64,000 nt of DNA from an uncultured Clostridia bacterium (GTDB taxonomy: Bacteria; Bacillota; Clostridia; TANB77; CAG-508), in assembly GCA_934141555.1 (NCBI GenBank), contig CAKPCK010000007.1, positions 3,155 through 67,154 on the forward strand, read 5' to 3'. Shown piece after piece: positions 56,178 through 64,000 of this stretch. The notes under the pieces were generated by a model, which was given only the letters and a program-made list of their open reading frames with translations, ran no database searches and was not told the DNA's origin. The translations under genes were made by a program, and so were the position numbers. The stretch's first letter is position 1. Each line of letters begins with the position of its first letter.

Positions 56178-56226
56178 TAATTCTTTCCAAACTTTATAGT
56201 GTATAATCATAAAAGGAGAAAAGAAA

Positions 56227-57183
56227 ATGACTCTAGACAACATATTAGAAGAAATAAAAAAAGCAGAAACAATAGTAGTATTATGTCATGAATCACCAGA
56301 TGGAGATGCTGTAGCCAGCTCTCTATCTGTAATGCATGCAGTAGCAAAATTAGGAAGAGAAGCAGATGTTATAATACCAGAATATTCAAAAGTATTTGAT
56401 TTTTTACCAGGAGCAGATAAAATATTACAAAAAGGAAGAACAAATAAATATGACTTAGCAATATCTGTGGATTGTTCAGATTTAAAAAGACTTGTTGGAG
56501 GAAAAGAATATTTCGAAACAGCAAAAAGAACAATAGAAATAGACCATCATTCTGTAAATTCAATGTTTGCAGACTTTAACTATGTAGATCCTGTAGCACC
56601 AGCTTGTTGTCAAGTATTAATAGGAATGTTTGAATATTTTGGAATAGATATAGACAAAGAACTAGGAACATGTTTATTAACAGGAATTATTACAGATACA
56701 GGTGGATTTCAATATTCATCAGTTACATCAGACACATTTGAATTTGCAGCACAACTTTTAAGAAAAGGTGTAAATATTTCAAAAATCTGTCAAGAAGTAT
56801 TAAGAACTAAAACAAAAGCTCATTGCCAACTTGAAAAATTAATATATGAAAGATTAGAATTTATTGAAAATGGAAAAGTTGCAATTACATATTTAACTTT
56901 AAAGGATTATGCAGAATATAGTAATGATATGGGTGATGACGAAGGTTTAGTAGAATCAATTAGAGATATTGAAGGTGTAGAAGTAGCAGTTTTGTTAAAA
57001 GAAAAAGAAAATGGTGGATTTAAAATATCTATGCGTTCAAAAGATAATGTAAATGTATCAGATATTTGTTTATTACTTGGAGGTGGAGGACACCCAAGAG
57101 CTGCTGGATGTTTTGTAACAGGAGATGTATCACAAGCCAAAACAAAAGTAATAAATACAATAAAACAACAAATAAATAAATAA
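56227..57183 (+). CDS. nrnA: DHH-family phosphoesterase NrnA (oligoribonuclease / pAp phosphatase)
   Basis: CHESPDGDAVAS, IDHH, GIITDTGGFQY, and DHHA1 GGGGHPRAAG. Confidence 0.85.
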   Translation: MTLDNILEEIKKAETIVVLCHESPDGDAVASSLSVMHAVAKLGREADVIIPEYSKVFDFLPGADKILQKGRTNKYDLAISVDCSDLKRLVGGKEYFETAKRTIEIDHHSVNSMFADFNYVDPVAPACCQVLIGMFEYFGIDIDKELGTCLLTGIITDTGGFQYSSVTSDTFEFAAQLLRKGVNISKICQEVLRTKTKAHCQLEKLIYERLEFIENGKVAITYLTLKDYAEYSNDMGDDEGLVESIRDIEGVEVAVLLKEKENGGFKISMRSKDNVNVSDICLLLGGGGHPRAAGCFVTGDVSQAKTKVINTIKQQINK

Positions 57184-57196
57184 TGAGGAAAAAGTA

Positions 57197-59625
<2,429 letters not shown>

Positions 59626-59684
59626 AAGCTGAATGGAGGTTTAGCACATAATTAAGACCTCTAAATTCAATAAAAGGTGGAGTA

Positions 59685-60593
59685 ATGGATTTGATATCAA
59701 TAAGAAGAACATATAATAATAGGAGAAACTTAATTTTTATAGTTTGTATTTTACTAATATGTGTTACATTAATAATTACAACAATAGAAGTTGTAAATAA
59801 TAGACGCGCTAAAAAACTATATTTATCTTATTTGGAACAAGTTCAAAATGCTGAAAATGAAGCAAAAGAACAGGAAAGAATAGCAGAAGAACAAAAAGCA
59901 AAGGAAGAGGAAGAAAGAAGAAAAAAATCACCTCAACTTACAGAAGAAGGAAAAACTAATATGGCAAATATATATAAATCAGATACAAAAAGAGTTTTTT
60001 TGACATTTGATGATGGTCCATCTTCAAATGTAACACCAATGGTGTTAGATACTCTAAAAGCTGAGAATATAAAAGCCACATTCTTTTTGCTTGGAAGTAG
60101 AGTAGAACTTAATCCAGAAATGGTAAAAAGAGAATTTGATGAAGGGCATTATTTAGCAAGTCATGGATATTCACATGTTTATTCACAAATATATGCCTCT
60201 CCTCAAAGTGTTTTAGATGAATATAATAATTGTATAACAGCAATTAGAAATGCAATTGGAATGCCAGATTATAATCCTCATTTATTTAGATTTCCTGGTG
60301 GATATTGGGGAGGAAAGTATGCAAGCATAAAAACAGAGGCATTAACATTGCTTAATGAAAATAATATAGCACATATTGATTGGAATGCTTTAACTTCTGA
60401 TGCGGCAGGGGCCAAAACTACAGAAGAATTCATAGCAGAATTAGATAAAACAGTTCCAAAACATAATAGTGTTGTTGTTCTTATGCATGATGCTGGTGGA
60501 AAAAAGGCTACAGCAGAAGCATTACCTACTATAATTTCTTATTTTAGAAATCGAGGATTTGAATTTGATAATTTTTATAGTATAATAAAATAA
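59685..60593 (+). CDS. Membrane-anchored polysaccharide deacetylase (NodB/CE4 domain)
   Basis: N-terminal TM, Glu/Lys linker, then VFLTFDDGPS, ...ASHGYSH..., LFRFPGG and VVLMHD. Confidence 0.85.
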   Translation: MDLISIRRTYNNRRNLIFIVCILLICVTLIITTIEVVNNRRAKKLYLSYLEQVQNAENEAKEQERIAEEQKAKEEEERRKKSPQLTEEGKTNMANIYKSDTKRVFLTFDDGPSSNVTPMVLDTLKAENIKATFFLLGSRVELNPEMVKREFDEGHYLASHGYSHVYSQIYASPQSVLDEYNNCITAIRNAIGMPDYNPHLFRFPGGYWGGKYASIKTEALTLLNENNIAHIDWNALTSDAAGAKTTEEFIAELDKTVPKHNSVVVLMHDAGGKKATAEALPTIISYFRNRGFEFDNFYSIIK

Positions 60594-60596
60594 AAT

Positions 60597-60624
60597 GGAA
60601 GGAGCTTTGGGCACCTTCCGTTTT
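60597..60624 (+). terminator. Terminator hairpin after the deacetylase gene (overlaps the stop of the convergent crp/fnr gene)
   Basis: ggaagg(a)gc / gc(a)ccttcc followed by gtttt. Confidence 0.5.
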
Positions 60625-61252
60625 AATATAATAATGTAATTTTAGAACCATTTTTTTCAACAAAACCTTCATCAATTAAAAGTTTAAGTTCCCTCATCAT
60701 AGCACTTCTATCAACACTAAGGAAATCTGCTAAATCTGTATAATTGTATGGCAGATTAAAAGTTTTTCTCATAGATCCTTTTGATAATATATCAAAATAA
60801 GAAAGTAATTTATCACGAGTATTTCTTTTGGTTAAGAGTTCAACACGCAAATTTAGTCTAATAATTTCATCTAAAAATAATTCGCTTAAATTACTAATTA
60901 ATTCTTGATGAAAAGAACAATTACATTCACATTTATCAAATAAAGTATCATAAGTAAAATATAATATTTCAGAATTCTTTTTTGCAACAGCAAAAAGTTC
61001 ATTATTAGTATTTGCAGGATAAAAAACTTCACCAAAAACATCATCTTCATTAAAACGACCAATTATAGTTTTATTTCCATTAACATCATATCTGATTAAA
61101 TCAACTTCTCCACTAATGATTATACATATTTGATTACGTTTTTCAATATATGATGTAACAGTTTCACCTTTATTTATTTTTTTTATTTGAATTTTATTAC
61201 AATTTTCTCGAAAATTTTTTATAAAAATTTTTTTATCAAAATTAGTATCCAT
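60623..61252 (-). CDS. Crp/Fnr family transcriptional regulator
   Basis: N-terminal cNMP-binding-like beta-roll (...GE.D.IRYD.NGN..II......DVFGE.F) and C-terminal HTH (...YNYTDLADFLSVDRSAMMRELKLL.DEG). Confidence 0.85.
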   Translation of the reverse strand: MDTNFDKKIFIKNFRENCNKIQIKKINKGETVTSYIEKRNQICIIISGEVDLIRYDVNGNKTIIGRFNEDDVFGEVFYPANTNNELFAVAKKNSEILYFTYDTLFDKCECNCSFHQELISNLSELFLDEIIRLNLRVELLTKRNTRDKLLSYFDILSKGSMRKTFNLPYNYTDLADFLSVDRSAMMRELKLLIDEGFVEKNGSKITLLY

Positions 61253-61519
61253 AACATTACTCCTAAAATTAGCTTTTTCTTAAATATCAAAACTTTCAAA
61301 ATTCGACATAAAAATTATACATCAAATTATGAAAAAATCAAAAGAATTATATTATATTTTTGTTGCTTTTGCAACAGATTTTTATAAAATTAAATGTATA
61401 ATTAGTTTGTACTTGAAGAAAAAACAAGTATAAAAATACTTACAAATAAAAACAAAAATTAATTAAAAATCTAGGATTTTGTAGTGTTTGCATATTTATG
61501 GGGAAGGAAGTAAACAAAG

Positions 61520-63646
61520 ATGAAAGTTATTAAAAGAGACGGAAGAACAATAGACTTTGATCGTGCAAAAATTCAAACAGCTATTGAAAAAGCAAATAAA
61601 GAAGTAAGAGGAAAAGAAAAAGCAACAAAAGAGGAAATTGATGAAATAATATCATATATCGAAGACCTTGGAAAGAAAAGAATGTTAGTTGAAGACATTC
61701 AAGATGTAATTGAAGAAAAATTAATGGAATTAGATAAATATGAATTAGCCAAAAAATATATAGTATATAGATATACAAGAGCATTAGTAAGAAAATCAAA
61801 CACAACAGATGAATCAATATTAGGATTAATCCGTAATGAAAATAAAGAATTAGCAGAAGAAAACTCAAATAAAAATACAATGTTAGCATCAACACAAAGA
61901 GATTATATAGCAGGAGAAGTTTCAAGAGATTTAACAAGAAGAATTTTATTACCAGAAAAAATTTCAAAAGCACATGAAGACGGAATATTACATTTCCATG
62001 ATGCAGACTATTTTGTACAACCAATATTCAACTGTTGTTTAATAAATATAGGAGACATGTTAGATAATGGTACTGTAATGAATGGAAAAATGATTGAAAC
62101 ACCAAAGAGTTTCCAAGTAGCATGTACAGTAACAACACAAATAATTGCAGCAGTTGCAAGTAATCAATATGGTGGACAATCAGTTGATATTAAACATTTA
62201 GGAAAATATTTAAGAAGAAGTCATGACAAAATAAAGAAAAGATTAACAGAAAAATATGGTGGAAAATTACATAAAAATATAATCGAAGATATGGTAAATG
62301 ATAGAGTAAAAGAAGAATTAGCAGCAGGAATTCAAACAATACAATATCAAATAAATACTTTAATGACAACAAATGGTCAATCTCCATTTGTAACATTATT
62401 CTTACACTTAGAGCCAGATGATGAATATATTAATGAAAATGCAATGATAATAGAAGAAATTTTAAAACAAAGAATACAAGGTATAAAAAATGAAGTCGGA
62501 GTTTATGTAACACCAGCATTTCCAAAACTAGTATATGTTTTAGATGAACATAACTGTTTAAAAGGTGGAAAATATGACTATTTAACAAAATTAGCTGTAA
62601 AATGTTCTGCAAAGAGAATGTATCCAGATTATATTTCAGCTAAAAAAATGAAAGAAAACTATGAAGGAAATGTATTTAGTCCAATGGGATGCAGAAGTTT
62701 CTTAATTCCTTGGAAAGATGAAAATGGACAATATAAATTTGAAGGAAGATTTAATCAAGGTGTTGTAAGTATCAATTTACCACAAATAGGAATACTTGCA
62801 CAAGGTGATGAAGAAAAGTTCTGGAAATTATTAGACGAAAGACTTGAATTATGTAAAGAAGCATTAATGTGTAGACATTATTCATTATTAGGAACATCAT
62901 CAGATATATCACCAATACATTGGCAAAATGGTGCAATAGCACGTTTAAAGAAGGGTGAAAAAATTGATAAATACTTAAAAGATGGATATTCAACATTATC
63001 ATTAGGATATATAGGAATATATGAAACAACAAAATTAATGAAAGGTGTATCACAAACAACTCCAGAAGGACATGAATTTGCAATAAGAATAATGAATTAT
63101 TTAAAAGATAGAACAACAAAATGGAGAAATGAATCTGGATTAGGATTTTCATTATATGGAACACCAGCAGAAAGCTTATGTTATAGATTTGCCCGTATTG
63201 ATAAAGAAAAATTTGGAAGTATTCCAGATGTTACAGATAAAGGATATTATACAAATTCATACCATGTTGATGTTAGAGAAAAAATTGACGCATTTAGCAA
63301 ATTGAAATTTGAAAGTGAATTCCAACCATTATCATCAGGTGGAGCAATATCTTATGTTGAAGTTCCAAACATGAAAAATAATCTTGAAGCATTAGAAGAA
63401 GTTGTTAAATTTATATATGATAATATCCAATATGCTGAATTTAACACAAAATCAGACTATTGCCAAGTTTGTGGATATGATGGAGAAATGATTATAAATG
63501 ATCAAAATGAATGGGAATGTCCACAATGTGGAAATAAAGACCATAATAAAATGAATGTTGTTCGTCGTACATGTGGATATTTGGGAGAGAATTTCTGGAA
63601 TGTAGGAAAAACAAAAGAAATTAAATCAAGAGTTTTACATTTGTAA
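61520..63646 (+). CDS. nrdD: Anaerobic ribonucleoside-triphosphate reductase
   Basis: N-terminal ATP-cone (VIKRDGR...FD..KI), a C-terminal zinc ribbon CQVCG...CPQCG, and the glycyl-radical motif VVRRTCGYLG. Confidence 0.97.
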   Translation: MKVIKRDGRTIDFDRAKIQTAIEKANKEVRGKEKATKEEIDEIISYIEDLGKKRMLVEDIQDVIEEKLMELDKYELAKKYIVYRYTRALVRKSNTTDESILGLIRNENKELAEENSNKNTMLASTQRDYIAGEVSRDLTRRILLPEKISKAHEDGILHFHDADYFVQPIFNCCLINIGDMLDNGTVMNGKMIETPKSFQVACTVTTQIIAAVASNQYGGQSVDIKHLGKYLRRSHDKIKKRLTEKYGGKLHKNIIEDMVNDRVKEELAAGIQTIQYQINTLMTTNGQSPFVTLFLHLEPDDEYINENAMIIEEILKQRIQGIKNEVGVYVTPAFPKLVYVLDEHNCLKGGKYDYLTKLAVKCSAKRMYPDYISAKKMKENYEGNVFSPMGCRSFLIPWKDENGQYKFEGRFNQGVVSINLPQIGILAQGDEEKFWKLLDERLELCKEALMCRHYSLLGTSSDISPIHWQNGAIARLKKGEKIDKYLKDGYSTLSLGYIGIYETTKLMKGVSQTTPEGHEFAIRIMNYLKDRTTKWRNESGLGFSLYGTPAESLCYRFARIDKEKFGSIPDVTDKGYYTNSYHVDVREKIDAFSKLKFESEFQPLSSGGAISYVEVPNMKNNLEALEEVVKFIYDNIQYAEFNTKSDYCQVCGYDGEMIINDQNEWECPQCGNKDHNKMNVVRRTCGYLGENFWNVGKTKEIKSRVLHL

Positions 63647-63651
63647 ACAAA

Positions 63652-63675
63652 AAGCCTCAAAAATGAGGCTTTTTA
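63652..63675 (+). terminator. Intrinsic terminator after nrdD
   Basis: aagcctca/tgaggctt with a 4-nt loop, then tttt. Confidence 0.7.
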
Positions 63676-63762
63676 CTATTTTATATATGTAAAATACTTG
63701 CTATTTTTTGTGTTTTAATGTAAAATAGTATAGTATGACTAATAGAAAGGAATGAATTAAAT

Positions 63763-64000
63763 ATGCAAGAAATATTAATTGATATATTAAAAGATACAAC
63801 AATAGATAGTATAAAATTATTACCATTTTTATTTATAACATATTTAATAATGGAATATATAGAACATAAGACAAGTAGTCAAGTAAAAAAAGTTATTCAG
63901 AAATCTGGAAAGCTTGGTCCATTACTTGGAGGAATAGTTGGAATAGTACCACAATGTGGATTTTCAGTATCTGCAACAAATTTATATTCAGCAAGAGTTA
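63763..64000 (+). CDS. Putative permease of the ArsP_2 / 'putative manganese transporter' type (3' end cut by the window edge)
   Basis: MQEILIDILKDTTIDSIKLLPFLFITYLIMEYIEH...GIVGIVPQCGFSVSATNLY. The (I/V)PQCGFS motif is characteristic, from memory. RBS aaagga. Confidence 0.55.
   Translation, partial: MQEILIDILKDTTIDSIKLLPFLFITYLIMEYIEHKTSSQVKKVIQKSGKLGPLLGGIVGIVPQCGFSVSATNLYSARV

Noticed and set aside
61187-61387. 66-aa ORF overlapping the start of the Crp/Fnr gene and the nrdD upstream region
   Set aside because: It has no RBS and a low-complexity Ile/Phe/Lys composition, and it spans a divergent promoter region.

Overview
This is 64 kb of a very AT-rich Firmicutes/Clostridia-type chromosome (about 23-28% G+C in hand-counted lines). 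Almost every gene is on the + strand and most are housekeeping. In order: a complete retractile type IV pilus locus (pilM/N fusion, pilO-like, two anchored unknowns, pilin, peptidase-like, minor pilin, pilB, pilT, pilC); rplM-rpsI (minus); a SpoVB/MurJ-like flippase; hup; a prepilin-like orphan; xseB; DUF212; fhs; a PflX-like radical SAM gene; folA; a GT4 glycosyltransferase; mutL; miaA; sepF-divIVA; another orphan pilin; rsmD; ftsK; an unknown 508-aa protein; a beta-CASP RNase; a GH15 glucoamylase-like gene; DUF975; yqeG; a canonical prepilin peptidase; pepP; an orphan gene; yebC; spoIIIAA-AH (spoIIIAA frameshifted); mutS2 (minus); a small accessory islet (ORF6N protein and unknowns); rimP-nusA-ylxR-infB-rbfA-nrnA-truB; metG; a polysaccharide deacetylase; a Crp/Fnr regulator (minus); nrdD; and the start of an ArsP_2-like permease. 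I saw no rRNA, tRNA, CRISPR array, transposase or integrase. The clear anomaly is a 1.2-kb single-gene segment (about 34277-35492, minus strand) with about 45-60% G+C and G/C-ending codons. It is bracketed by a perfect 10-bp inverted repeat and driven by a perfect consensus TTGACA-N17-TATAAT promoter. It encodes a 384-aa protein I cannot assign to any family. It may be a very recent horizontal acquisition or cassette, but an assembly chimera must be excluded first. Secondary points are non-canonical Glu5-less pilins, a degenerate/canonical prepilin peptidase pair, a frameshift at the Walker A motif of spoIIIAA, a well-nested ~140-nt structured element between rbfA and nrnA, and an attenuator-like small transcript upstream of yebC. 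All calls come from reading the sequence and ORF translations; no database search was run.
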